Position numbers and translations under genes: made by a program. Below the pieces are notes generated by a model. It saw only the letters and a program-made list of their open reading frames with translations. It searched no databases and had not been told where the DNA came from. A stretch of 64,000 bases of DNA from Narcine bancroftii (taxonomy: Eukaryota), in the NCBI RefSeq assembly GCF_036971445.1, contig NC_091471.1:191518001-191582000 (forward strand). The letters run 5' to 3'. Position 1 is the first letter of the stretch. Each line of letters opens with the position of its first letter. Shown in pieces: positions 49,750 through 63,248 of the stretch.

Positions 49750-50850
49750 CTTCGGCTAATTCATGGACAGAAGGCAACAAATGGGAATAAATGGGTCAAT
49801 TATGGGTTCTGAGACGACTGCAAGTGGGATGTCACAGGAATTGGTGCAAGGGGCCTCAACTATTTATCATTCTGATTAATGCTTTGAAAGACAGGATGAG
49901 GTATCTTTCCAGGATTGATGATTCATGCAAAACTAAATGTCAGTGTGGGTAGTGAAGAGGATGTAGAAAGTTGTCTGGAAGTTTTAAATAGGCTGAATGA
50001 GTGGTTGAGGACATGGCTGTTGGAATGTGATATGGAGGCATTCAATTTGATCGAAAAACTGGAAAGACTACATATTTTTCAAATGTGAAGAGATTGAAAG
50101 TTATTGCCATTTAGAGGACCTAAGTATTCTTGTGCATAAATCATCTAAGGTTAAAGTTTGGAACAACCAGCAAAATGCTGAAATGTCTTTAAGCTGAAAC
50201 ATTAACTCTGTTTCTTTTTTTCACAGATATTTCCTGATTTGCTGGGTGTTTGCAACATTTTCTATTTTCATATCAGAGATCTGGAGTTTTTTGTTGGTCT
50301 TTATTGAAACAGGATTTGGGTATAAGGGTATAGATGTCTTACCACTGTTACATAGGGACCTCATGAGACTGGACCTGGAATAACAGGTATCACCTCACCC
50401 AAGAAAGTGTAGAATTATGACACAGAGAATTCAATGAGGACTTGCCAGACAGATTCCCGGTTTCTATTTTTGAGGAAAGTTTTGGAAGATTTGGCTTTTT
50501 TGAAATAGTTTAGAGTAGGGAACATTGAACATTCTTCAGGGACTTAACAGGGATATTAGTTCCCCAAGCTGAGGAGTCTACAACCAAAGATTACAGACTT
50601 AAAATAAGGGATCAACCATTAGGATGTGAAGAACTTTCTTCAGGCAGAGAAGAGTGAATCTTTGGAATGCACTATTCAAGAGGGTTTGTAATGTTCAGTC
50701 ACTGTGTATGTTGTGGGCAGATAGTGATTAGTATTTTGCATTTTATGTGAATCAAAGGAAATGGAGCTAGAATTGGAAAATGGCACTGATGTAAAAGATC
50801 AGCCTCAATCTTACTGAAAGGTAAACAAAATTCACGAAAGTCTGAAATAT
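49750..50850 (+). mobile_element. Old CR1 RT relic
   Basis: Decayed SGMSQELV..LFII.IN..EWLRTWLL..RLDLE segments with many disruptions. Confidence 0.6.
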
Positions 50851-50889
50851 AGGATTCTGCACAGTCTAAATTCAAAACAGAAGGTTTTA

Positions 50890-52066
50890 GAAAAATGGTT
50901 TCTACCGCCAACAACAGGATTTCACCTCCCTCCCTTAGTGATTGGTCTCTCCATGACTTCCTCACCCACTAAATCATTTTTTCCAATTGCCTCCCATTCC
51001 CAGTACCAACACCTGTGACCTCAAGAAATGCTGGACTTGCTCCTACATCATCTCTCTCACCTCCAACAGTACTTCGAAATGAAACAGCACTTCAATTGTG
51101 AATCTGCGGGATAATTGACTGCATCCAGTGCTCAGTGTGGCCTTTGTAACAGCAATGATTTACCACAGCTTACAAACAAATTTAAAAATACACTCACTCG
51201 TTTATTTTACAGCACCATGAAGTTGACTTTCTTTATTAACTACTAGGCACAAAATTGCATTTTTTAACTCCCCAAACACCACCCAGCCAAACTTCACTGA
51301 CCTTCTCATTGGCTCACTGCCACCCGGGTGATATTGATGCTCTCAATATTCTCCTTCTGTTTCTGAGATCCATCACTTGTATAGTAATGCTTAACACACC
51401 CGCGCATGCACACTATTACTCCCACGTGTTGCTTCATGCACGTCATCAGCAGTAATCGTGGCACCTTCCCTACATCAGGGAGGCTGGACACAGAGTGAAG
51501 GAACACTTTGTTGAGCACCTCTTTTCTGTTTGCTGCAACAGCAGGAATCTCCCAATGGCCAACCACTTCAATTCTAAAACCCATTCCCACACTGAACTGT
51601 CTGTCATGGCCTCATGTACTGTCAGATTGAAGTCATGTGTAAATTGGAAGAATTTACAACAGGCAGCACCAATCTTGACTTCTCCCGTTTCTGTTAACCA
51701 TCTCCCCCATTCTCTCACTTTCCTCATTCCTCTGACATTTTTCCTTCCCTTCACTTTCCACTGCCTATCACCCACACCTTCTTACTCCAGCTCCCCACCC
51801 CATTCCCTACTTTTGTCCTAACCAAGGGCATATATCTCAGCTCTCTTCCCCCTCCTCATCACCTATCAGTTCCTTTTTATTTCCCCTCCCACATTAATCT
51901 GCCTCTCCTTCCCTTCCGCTTCAGCCTTCAGCTCCTGCCCACCCACACCTTATTTGTGTGTTTGCTTAATTTTTGACATTCCTGATCAAGGGTTCCACTC
52001 CAAAATATTAACTATTATTTCCATGGACACAACATTATCTGCTGAGCTGCTCCAGCACTTTTGTGA
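50890..52066 (+). mobile_element. Penelope-like relic (GIY-YIG + terminal repeat), interrupted by a solo LTR
   Basis: MKQHFNCES..CIQC..CGL|PYIRE..FVEHL..LPMANHFNS..HSH; ends with the shared terminal repeat. Confidence 0.75.
51145..51463 (-). mobile_element. Solo LTR (319 bp)
   Basis: TGTAACA...GTGGCA; perfect 4-bp TSD CCTT (51141-51144, 51464-51467); removing it restores the Penelope motif. Confidence 0.75.
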
Positions 52067-53637
52067 GAGAATTCTGTCTGGATTTTAACACCTCATAATG
52101 TTCAACTTTCATTGAAGATAAGATCAGCTCAATAATAATAACAAAACATTTTAATGCCAACATTTATTGTCCATCTTTAGTTCACTCGTGATACATAAAT
52201 ATCATTCTTGCAAAAGGGAATTGTGTAAGAAGTTCCAGGATTTAGACTCTCCAATAGTGACTTGCTAGGTGACCGGTACACATTTGTAATCTTTATCTAT
52301 CTTAATAGAGGAGATATGATACAACTGAATGGTTTTACAGATTACAGTCAGGACTCATCCACATCATTGCTAGACTGGAGTCATACATTAACTAGGCTTG
52401 GGAAGAGCAGAAGATCTCCCTTCTTGAACAACATCAATGTAAGTGATGGGGTTTTCCAACAATCTGATAATTTCATGCTTAGTATACCCTGTTTTAATTT
52501 GTTTAATTATTTTTATCTGAATTAGACTTCTCACTGTTGCCATCAAGGGATAGGATGTCATGTTTCTGTAATGTTAATTAGGGAAAATGGCTCATTAGTC
52601 TGGCAACTTAATCAACATGAAAATACATTATCACAAACAAACAATAAAATCTTTAAACTGTTCCTTGTTAATTTAGCTTTACATTAAAATTTCCTTTCTG
52701 TAATTTTTAGTAGTCAGAATCAACAATATTTTTGGGTTCTTACCTAACTTAGTTACAAATTAAATTTAGAGGCATTCTATAATAGGTAGATTATTCTCAT
52801 ATTTACTTGAGAGCTGTACACTAGTAGCCAATTCAATTATATTTCAAATGATGCTATTTAAATGCAAGTACAGCTTTGAGACTTCAAATTATAATGGTCA
52901 ACAGATCATTAACCTTCACATTCAGCACCAAAATTAATCATTTAAATTTAAATTATATGGAAAAAAAAATTGTAATCTAAAATCACAAGCAATTCTTAAA
53001 CTTTCCTGTGGAATATAAACAGAATATTTTATAGGCATAAATAATACTTGTTTCATGCTTCCAAAAGCCGACAATGATGTCCAGTCATTTTCTAGATTCA
53101 TCCCATTGGGCCATAAAATTACTTCCCACTTTTTTTAAAAAGATTAATTCATAGAAATTTATACAAAACAGTTCACGTTCAAATTCTTTTTATCCCATAC
53201 AGTATACCAATATGCAGTGGCTGTTTTGTGAGCAGTCCAGTAGACATTTCATTCACAATACAAGGAAGAAACAGGACAAAAGTTAAAAAAAAAAGTGTAG
53301 AGTTACAGAGAGAGAATACTTGTTATGGAGCAAAGGCAACATAATGTTACTATTTTGGGCTTCAGTCAGGAGTGTTAAAGAGAAATTGTCCTTGAATCTG
53401 ATAGTGCCTGATCTCGTACTCATGATGGGATGGCAATGAGAGATTCTGGCAGGGTATGATGAGATTTTAATTGGTTGACTGGTTTTCCAAGGAAATAGGT
53501 GAATTTGATGGAAGGGAAGTGATGACCTAAACTACATTCACAACTGTAGCAGTTTCTTATGACTTGGGTGTGAAGGCGTCCCCATACAACGCAGTGATGT
53601 ACCTGATAGTATGCATTCAGTATGCACCTGTGGAAGT

Positions 53638-55418
53638 TGTTACAAGATCAAACCTGGAACCACAAAGAAGGCATATCACACAGGGGTAAAGATGAACAAT
53701 TACTTTATTAACAAAAAAATTCACCTTCAAACTTTAGTTCAAAATCTCCCCCTTTTATAACAATGCCCACTGGTTACTATGCAAATCTCTATAACAGTGT
53801 AAAACTAATAAATTCCCCAGCCTAAATATAACATATTTAATCAAAGTTTAAGCTACACTTCCAACCAGCCCACAGAAACACTTCTTTTCTTTGGCTTGGC
53901 TTCGCGGACGAAGATTTATGGAGGGGGTAAAAAGTCCACGTCAGCTGCAGGCTCGTTTGTGGCTGACAAGTCCGATGCGGGACAGGCAGACACGATTGCA
54001 GCGGTTGCAAGGGAAAATTTGTTGGTTGGGGTTGGGTGTTGGGTTTTTCCTCCTTTGCCTTTTGTCAGTGAGGTGGGCTCTGCGGTCTTCTTCAAAGGAG
54101 GTTGCTGCCCGCCAAACTGTGAGGCGCCAAGATGCACGGTTTGAGGCGTTATCAGCCCACTGGCGGTGGTCAATGTGGCAGGCACCAAGAGATTTCTTTA
54201 GGCAGTCCTTGTACCTTTTCTTTGGTGCACCTCTGTCACGGTGGCCAGTGGAGAGCTCGCCATATAACACAATCTTGGGAAGGCGATGGTCCTCCATTCT
54301 GGAGACGTGACCCATCCAGCGCAGCTGGATCTTCAGCAGCGTGGACTCGATGCTGTCGACCTCTGCCATCTCGAGTACTTCGACGTTAGGGGTGTAAGCG
54401 CTCCAATGGATGTTGAGGATGGAGCGGAGACAACGCTGGTGGAAGCGTTCTAGGAGCCGTAGGTGGTGCCGGTAGAGGACCCATGATTCGGAGCCGAACA
54501 GGAGTGTGGGTATGACAACGGCTCTGTATACGCTTATCTTTGTGAGATTTTTCAGTCTCTTCAATCTGAGGCGCCTGCAAGCTCACACCAAGACACAAGA
54601 GAAACTTGTCCGTGAACTACTCTTTGCAGATGATGCTGCTTTAGTTGCCCATTCAGAGCCAGCTCTTCAGCGCTTGACGTCCTGCTTTGCGGAAACTGCC
54701 AAAATGTTTGGCCTGGAAGTCAGCCTGAAGAAAACTGAGGTCCTCCATCAGCCAGCTCCCCACCATGACTACCAGCCCCCCCACATCTCCATCGGGCACA
54801 CAAAACTCAAAACGGTCAACCAGTTTACCTATCTCGGCTGCACCATTTCATCAGATGCAAGGATCGACAATGAGATAGACAACAGACTCGCCAAGGCAAA
54901 TAGCGCCTTTGGAAGACTACACAAAAGAGTCTGGAAAAACAACAGAAACACTTAGACACAAAACAAACACAAAACTCACAAAAACTTCGATCTCAACTGA
55001 AGCAAAGATCATAAACAAAATTCAGTTTGTTTGGTAAACTGAACCCAAAATATCTTTGCGAGAGAGAGAGAAAGCACAAAATTCAAAATTGTCTTGTGTT
55101 GCTTGCAGAGAGAGGAACAACTGGCTTGGTCTGGATCCTTCTGACTGCCTTCGGAATGTTCATCCTTTTTGAAATCCCAACATTCTAAACTGCCCTCCAG
55201 ACCATGACTCATGCTCTGGGCCTTCTTCTACTCCACAGCACCCCCAGTGGTGGTTTATCATCCAAGTCCAGAAATTTTTAGATAATTTTCTGCACAATCT
55301 CATTCCGTCTCCCACTCTCTCAGCAGTCCACCTTCACCTTGGCTCTCTAAGGCAAACTGTCACTTTTTAACATAAAACCTCTCAATACATAGGCCAATAC
55401 ACACAGAACTCTGTAACA
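53638..55418. mobile_element. Solo LTR (~710 bp net) containing an RTE insertion
   Basis: TGTTACA...TGTAACA termini; 4-bp TSD AAGT/AATT; sits in a minus-strand Rex1-like relic. Confidence 0.75.
53884..54941 (-). mobile_element. RTE-clade LINE copy 4 with 5' inversion
   Basis: 3' part on minus (53884-54556), 5' part on plus (54553-54941); 12-bp TSD ACAGAAACACTT (53872-53883, 54942-54953). Confidence 0.97.
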
Positions 55419-56229
55419 AATTTGTTAAGTGATGCTAATGACATGCCAACTTTTTCAGGTTTCTGAGCAAGTTGAGGTGCTGAGCAAGGTTCCCTCTAAT
55501 TTTTAGTAGTCAGTGTGCATAAAAATCTTAGGTTGTGCAAATTTTTTTCCAGTGACAAAAGTATGTGTGGACTGAATGCTTGTGCAAATGTAAACTTGAA
55601 ATTGTTCTAAGATAATTTTTGGCACATCTTTCATAACTAGGAAAACTGTATTGGCATGTTTTAATATAACACAAGTATGATTAACTATTTGTTTAACCAC
55701 CTAACTAGTTAACAAAAACAGCTAAGAGATTATTTTCAATATTTATTACATTATTTTAGGTAATTAACCTTTTGTGTGCACATTCATTTCCTTTGTGCAC
55801 TGGATGCAAAATGTGTGTGCGCAAAGTCATAATGTGCTGATGTGCTTTTTTAGGCTATTGCATTAATATGAGTGGATCAAAACAATATCCTAGAGAGGTT
55901 TACCCACAGGAACGTAAAGATATCTACAATTTCCACTTCAGCACCATTAATTCAAGAAGGAGATAAGGAGCATTACACTCTGGTCTGCCAGGGTAGGAAA
56001 TAGCTTTCCCATCCTGGCAGACCACAGGTGTAAGATTGATGAAGAGCATCCTTGTAATCTTAGGTCTCTTATAAATGAAACTGGGTAAATTACCCCAGAA
56101 TGCTTATACATATTTATTTTGTATTACTTTTTTATGCATGTGTTTGTTGTATGTGTGCACACCATGGTCCAGAGAAATGCTGTTCTGTCTGGTTGTGTAA
56201 GTACATCCAGATGATTATCTGCTTGAACT

Positions 56230-57180
56230 TAAACTTGATACAGACTGGGGAGTGAGCTCTATCCTCTCCTGGAAGTCTGAAACCAGCTCTTTGGCCTTAC
56301 TGATATTGAGGGAGAGGTCTTGTCACCAAGCCACAAGTTCTTCTATCTCTTTTCTCTATTCTGTTTCATCATTGTTAGAGATTCTGCCTGTGTTGGTGGG
56401 ATCATCCATGAATGAGATGGGTCGGTTAGTTTAGTTGGTCTTACAGAGCCAGAGATCTGGACTGGAATCTGGTACAGACTGTACCCCTCATGTCTATATG
56501 GATTTCCATCAGCTGTGCTGGTTTCCTCTCATCCTTCAAAATGTATGGGGATTGTTGATAAATTGGGATATATGGGGCTGAAGGGCCTGTATGTCTATTT
56601 TTTTTTAATGAATGGATTTGCAACTGTATTTGTCCATGCAGTCATGGGTCTACAATGAGTATTGTAGAGGACTAAGTACACAGACCTGTTGAGGATGATC
56701 ATGGGAGAAGGTGCTGCCACCTATCCTCACTGAATATGGCCTGTGAGATAGAAAATCATGGATCTAATTGCAGAGAGGTTTACAAGGTCACATGGCTTGG
56801 GTTGAAAGTGAAGATGCCGATGATAAATAATAATATAATGTAGGTTTCATTGATATCCCAGTATTCCAGGGATGAGTGTGGAGCCAGGTGAGATGCAAAG
56901 TGGAGTAGGTCAAGGGTGACATGCAGGATGGAATAAATATGAGCCATGATCAATGTTTCAAATTGCTTCATGATGGCAGATATCAGAGCCCACAGCCAAT
57001 AGTTATTTAGGTCCATATTGTGTCAGGAATACACCTAATAAATTCTACCCCGTCACTGCATTTTGCTTTGGCACTGGATTCATAGTGGCCTTCTGAAGCA
57101 AGTAGGAACTTCAGGCTGTTGGAGAGAAAAATTCAAGATGTCTGTGAATAAAGCCACCAGTATCTGCACACATGCAGACA
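56230..57180 (-). mobile_element. Rex1/Babar-like relic with a SINE inside (~56420-56615)
   Basis: Minus-strand LNNY..ALISAIMKQFE..LDLLHFA; SINE core on the plus strand. Confidence 0.6.
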
Positions 57181-57556
57181 CAGATCTGCTAAGGGATGGA
57201 GGTGGCCCAGCAACACTTATTTAGCTAGTCAAGCCCATGGTAACAGAAAAAATGGTCCAAGATCACACAGGGCTCATTTAGGTCCCATTTATATGAAGAG
57301 CAAGGGTCTTTGCCTCTACCACTTTTGAGTTATTTCAAGCTTTCAGTTATCCTTTGAATCCTTCCAACTCTCCTCTCATGTCTTTACCAATAATCTGAAA
57401 TAATATCCCTTAAGTATTGACCTTACTGCTAAGGTTAACAAATTCTTCCTATGCACAATATCTAATTAAAGCCTAAGCAAATGTGCGTCCAAACATCCTG
57501 AAGACTGAGAGCCAAGGGTGAAAGGTCTTCAACTTGAAATTCTACCTGTTTGTCTT

Positions 57557-57993
57557 TTTTTAAAATATTTTATTTTAAAACACTCAAGCAAATATATACA
57601 AACAAAATAAGGCATTTTCTTATCACACAATATAATATGATAAGAATAAAGTATTTTCCCACTTTTCCCCAGATATTAAATAAACCACAGAGGAAAAAAA
57701 TAAAATAAAATTAAAATCTAAAAATTAAAACACATCAAGTGTATCACAACCTTAATTCAGTCTCTTCTTTATTTATTTGTCAGAATGGTTTGTCTTAATT
57801 ATTTTCCTTGGGGGGCATATAGATCATATCTGTGCACCGATGTGCCTCAGGCATGGCTGCCACACTTCAATGAAGTTTCATAGTTCTTTCTCAAGTTATA
57901 CTTAATTTTCTCTAGGGGAATGCAACTTTGTATTTCCATTCTCCATCGCATAATACTCAGTTGGACTTCCATGCAACGGCTATTCACTTCCTG
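57557..57993 (-). mobile_element. Fish-type L1 3' fragment
   Basis: Minus-strand IAVAWKS..RWRMEIQSCIPLEKIKY..FIEVWQP, AT-rich UTR with AATAAA and A-tail; flanked by TTGTCT inside a Penelope terminus. Confidence 0.6.
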
Positions 57994-60519
57994 GTTGTCT
58001 GTTCTCTTTCAATAGATGCTGCCTGTCCTAGTGAGTTTCACCAACATTTTCTGTTTTCATTGCAGCAAATGTTCCTCCACAATGACAACTTGACTCTTAT
58101 CCTCTATACTCTAAGCTATAGCCAAAAGATGGGCTTATCAATTTAACAGGCTGAATCATATTTTTTCCACAATCCTCAATGTATAAAAATAATAAAAGCA
58201 CTGCAAGCTTCCTCTTTAAATATTGACTCTGAAATTCCAAAGTTTTGCTTGGATCAGTCTGTGAGTTGATATTTAAGACATAGCATTAATCCAAGAGTTT
58301 CCTATTCCACTTCAGTTCCGTGAAGAGGATATATTTGTGCAAGAGAGAGTTCTTAACCAAGAAAAGGATGAGTTCATTCATCCTTCAAGAAGGCATCAAC
58401 TTATTAAATGTAAACCAATATAGTTAGATCACCACCAGACCAATTTTTGCACTGAATTCTGAAAGGTTAATTTTTGCATTTCATCATTATTTTAGATCGA
58501 ATTTCTTCACTTTGTCTTGTATTCTTTCATTTGGCAATTTACCTATCTTTATTTTTGAGGCATCAGCTTCATTTGGCAACAAAATCTTTGGTTTTATTGA
58601 AATGTCCAAAATTAACTGAAGGTGAATGTGCAAAGTTACTAAGGACGATAGCCAGAGATTTCCCTGAATTTGCTAAAGCCAAGCTCCATGGAAATTTCCC
58701 TTGTTCGCTGGCAATAGATCTTGATATTGATTCTAGCTAATTTTGGGAAGTAGACATAATAGAATTACAAATATTCTCCACCCTAGTGAGACTATCTCAA
58801 ACATAAAGCAACATTTTTGAAACACTAAATTGTTCATACATTGCTTTCTTCTTATTTTCTATTTTGCCACACCAAATCTGAAAGCATCTTTGGAATATAT
58901 GCACATTGGTGTTGATTGCCTTTTGTGTTCTATGGGATGTAGATGAAGCGTCATGTAGCTGCCACCCACACTATGTTGTTCTGCTTTGTGGTTAAGTGTT
59001 TTTTGATGTTTCCACCAAAGAGAGCATTGCACACTGCTGCCAGATCTGCCATCTGCCATACGTTTCTCAAGGGGTTTCACAGTTCCTGCCGATATGATTG
59101 ATGTTCTGCTGGCATTCTTCCTTTTGTGGAAGGATCTATCCTCTTCAGCCAAAAGCTTCAGTCAGTCACATTGTGTTATTCTTCCAGTATTTCATCCTGT
59201 GAAAGCAAAACAGTGTTCAAGCAACACTTGCCAGATATGACAGCATTGCAGAAATAAAAGACCAGATACCTTGGGACATTCTTCAAGTGGGAAGATGTTG
59301 CTTGTGTACATCACTATGAAAGCCAGAGAACAATTTTGTTGCTTAAAAGGTTTCAAGGAATTATTGAAGAGCCCTACGATCCATCACACAATATATTTGA
59401 CCTACAAGGAGGTGCATGAGCATCAAAATCAGGATGGACAGGATGGGAAATACCTCCTTCCCACAGGCTGAATCCTTTAACCTTGGGTCTCTTATATATG
59501 AAACAAGTATATGATTCCAAAATATTTATGTGCATTAATTTTATATTATATTTTAATGTCTATACAGTATGCAATTTTAATGTGCTGTGTATTATGTGTG
59601 TTATGTGAACACTGTGGTCCAGAGAAAAGTTTCATCTGGTTGTGTATGTACAGTCAGATGATAATAAACTTGAACCTGAACTTGAAGTGGGAGATGGGGA
59701 GATAATCAAAGCAGAATAGAACCACAGACAACTTGTTTGTGTTTCAATGTTGCTTTGTTCAAATTAAATGTATTCTCTGTAGGTCTGGCCACAGAACCTT
59801 TTGTGGTTTGCTATAGAAACAGTAAACAAATTAAAGCTTTAAAAGAGAGAAAATCATAATTTATCATAAACAGTTTTCTAACATCAAAGGAGAAATCAAA
59901 TGCAAATGAGTGATTGCTTTAAGAACATTCAGTGCCTAATATTAAAACACAATTTTTAAATATAATTAATCTCCAGGAAGATACTCTAGTAGTAGTAATT
60001 TATTTATATAGTGCATTTAACACAATGCATGTTGATCCAAAGCACAAGGTCAAGTTGAGCCTTTCCTGTCATTGGCCTATTGACATATTGTGTCCAGAAA
60101 CCTCATGAACACACCTAACAAATTCCACTCCATCTCTTCACTCTATAAGATAGTGCCAATATTAGGAAGGATAAAATCATTCATTAGAGCAAACATTATT
60201 TTGGTACCTTTCAAGAATCGGCCTTTGCTCTGGTCCTCAAAGTCTCTATTACTTTTAAAGGGTCTATAGCCCAATAATGTTATTACCACATATATGTTCC
60301 TGACTTCCACCCACATGTAAACCTTTTTTAAAAATACGGGCTGTTTTTTTTTAAATTAGCTAGCTGCTTCTGTTATTCCATATCTTCTGAAAATGTTTGC
60401 ATTTCTATAACTAATGCTCCTATCTTGTAAAAATGCTTTAGAAATAATGGGAGAATTTGTGTCAGATTTCCAGAATTCAGTCTTCTGTACCCTAGGGTGT
60501 CCTTGTTTATACTTCCTTG

Positions 60520-62005
60520 AACAAAGAGAATAAATCTGTCTACAATACTCCACTACATCTGCTTCCAAAACAAGGCCTTCTGGGATATCCTCCTTCTGCA
60601 AATATTGTGGCTTCTACTGCCATCAAAAGCCCACAACCATATCTCCTCTTTTTTCCACACATCTTCCTGGCTCCTTCTCCACCTGTGAACAACACAACAA
60701 GGACAGGGGTTCCCATCATCCTTAACTTCCACCCCAAATTAGGCTCCGCAACAAACTTATCATTGTCTGAAATTTCGACCACCTACATTAGGATCCCACC
60801 AGTAGACAAACTTCTTCTTCTCCCCTCTCCACATTCCATAGGGACCAGTCCCTCTGCTATTTCCTCATCCACACATCCTTTCCCATCAATCACCTCCTGG
60901 GTACTTACCTCTGTTACCGCAGGAAATGGCTCACTTAGACTTACAGCTCCTCCCTCAACACTATTCAGAATGCAAAAAATAATCCTTCCAAGTGAAACAA
61001 CACTTCACTTGTGAATCTGCAAGGATCATTTACTGCATCCAGTGCTATGTTAGTAACTTTGCTCTGTCTGCTGTATCAGCAAGGACGTCCCAGTGGCCAA
61101 CCATTTCAATTCCACACCCACTGCCTAGTCTCATGAACTGTCAAGTTGAGTCCATCCTCTGCAGTTCCTCCAACATAAGAAGTGACCTTATGTTGGAGAA
61201 ACCTCCAACATTATGAGGAAGCACAAAGGAGGGAGATAAATCAGCTGGTTAAGTAGTGTCACAACAATAAACTTGCATTCAACATTAGCAAAACTAAGGA
61301 ACTGATTGTGGAATTCAGGAGGGGGAAATTAGGAGAACACAAACCAAACCTCATCACATGGATAGGGCCAAGAACATAAGTTCCTGGGTGTCAACATCTC
61401 TGAGGATCTGCCCTGGGGCCTCTAAGTCAATGCAATCATGAAGAAGGCTCACCAGCAGCTATACATTGTGAGAAATTTTGTATGTCACCAAAGACTCTTG
61501 TAAATTTCTATAAGTGTACTGTGGAGAACAATCTGTCTGGTTGCATTACTTCCTGGTATGGAGGTGCCAATGCACAAGACAGGAAGAGTCTACAGAGAGT
61601 TGTGAACTTGGCCAGCGTGATAATGGGCATCGGACTTCATCCCTTAAGGACATACATAAGAGGTGATGCCACAAAAAAGCAGCCGCTGTACTTAAGGACC
61701 CTCATCAATATTGATTTCTTCAACTACCATTAACTTCTCCCCCTGGTCTCTCTCTCTCTCTCTCTCCCTTATCCCTCCATCTCCCTTCCTCCCATTCTCC
61801 ACTCTTCTCCAATCAGAGAGCTACCTGCCCTCTCCCCATCACTTCTCAGCTTCTTTATCCTCTACTCTCCAACCTGTATCCACCTAGACCTGCTGCCTGA
61901 TTTTCAGCACCTGAAGAAAGGCTCATGTCTGAAATATCAAATGCTTTTTTACTTCCTATGGATGCTGCATGACCTGTTGAATTTACCTTTGCAGCACTCT
62001 GTAAA
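60520..62005 (+). mobile_element. Penelope-like relic interrupted by a Rex1-like fragment
   Basis: VPIILNFHP, VKQHFTCES..IIYCIQC, VANHFNS; terminal repeat at 61910-62000. Confidence 0.7.
61205..61730 (+). mobile_element. Rex1/Babar-like fragment
   Basis: KTKELIVEFR, KFLGVNISEDL, NFYKCTVENNLSGCITSWYG. Confidence 0.7.
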
Positions 62006-63248
62006 TTTCAATCATATCTGTTGCAATAAACATCAAAATCTAAAATCTTTCCTGATTACTACATGTAACTATAAACACTCTATTTCATTCCCTCGGGTTT
62101 CTTTCCATTATTACATTTCAGAGCCTCCCTCTATTTAAGGAATAAGGTGTTTTATTATATGCTTTAAAATTGGAAGGCCTTACAATTTTTCACTTTCTGT
62201 TGTATCTGCCAACTCTTTTACCTAACTTCTTCCGACAAAAATGTTCACAGTGACATCTTGTCCACCTGCCATATCTCAGGAACCACCTTTCAACAATGAC
62301 AGTCATTGCCTTATGATTAACCAACTCAGTCTATGTAGACAAGGGTTTTTGAAGATTAAGACTTTAGACATGGTATAAAAGGTATGGTAACCATGTGAGT
62401 CTGATCCCTGCTCTCATACAGCATATGTTTCTGAGACTTGGACTACTGACAGCAGGCATCACAAGGCATTATGAAAATATATTTCTCATGCTATATTTAT
62501 AAAAATCATTCAAGTTCATGGGAAGGATAAGTAACCCTATCCAAGGCCAACATCTCTAGCATTGTGGTCCAAGTTATTCTCAGCCAGCTACAAAGGAAGA
62601 CCAAGTTCCCCACAGGTCCGAGATTGGTCTCTTGATATTGACACTCTTTCAGAGTTCAACCTTGGGTGAAAAGGATTTAAATTTTCCTTGAAAATATTCC
62701 TAGTTAGAGTGTTGATTTGAAACTGTTTCTTGGAATCCCTGGCTCAAGTTCAGTGAAGGTGGAGAAGGAGCATCTGGGATGACATTGAGAATCTTGAGGC
62801 CATAACTCAAGAACAGATAGAAGTCCTGCATAAGTAGAAGAAATTTCATATCACTTCACAAACTGCCCACCCATCTGCCCCTTTGGCTACATTACACCCT
62901 ATCTGTGGAAGAGTCTGTGGTTATCACATAAACAAATCTGGAGCAGAAGCAAATTTAGATATCAGATTTATTGTCAGAGTACATACATGACATCTCATAT
63001 AACCCTGAGATTCTTTTTTCCTGTGGGTGTGGTAATTGGTAGTGCAAGAAACAAACTGTATACAGCATAAAACATGTAAACAAAGAACAATAAAGTAATC
63101 CTGGATGACTGCCTTAGAAGAAAAAGGAGCTAATGGCTTTTCACGGTCTTTGCATCCCCTTTTTACTTGTTAACCTACTTTATATCATAAGCAAATATGA
63201 CTACAGTAAACTCCCTCCTTTTATCAAAATCACTGATATAGATGGTAA

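Noticed and set aside
9131-54389. Recurrent antisense and alternative-frame ORFs (MASRTKIYGG.., MAWLRGRR.., MVPATLTT..)
   Set aside because: They are shadows of the same RTE sequence; recurrence reflects copy identity, not genes.
58570-58740. Minus-strand peptide WSLALANSGKSLAIV, reminiscent of an NBAS N-terminal motif
   Set aside because: Similarity is limited to ~15 residues, the flanks do not match, and there is no convincing splice donor before the stop.
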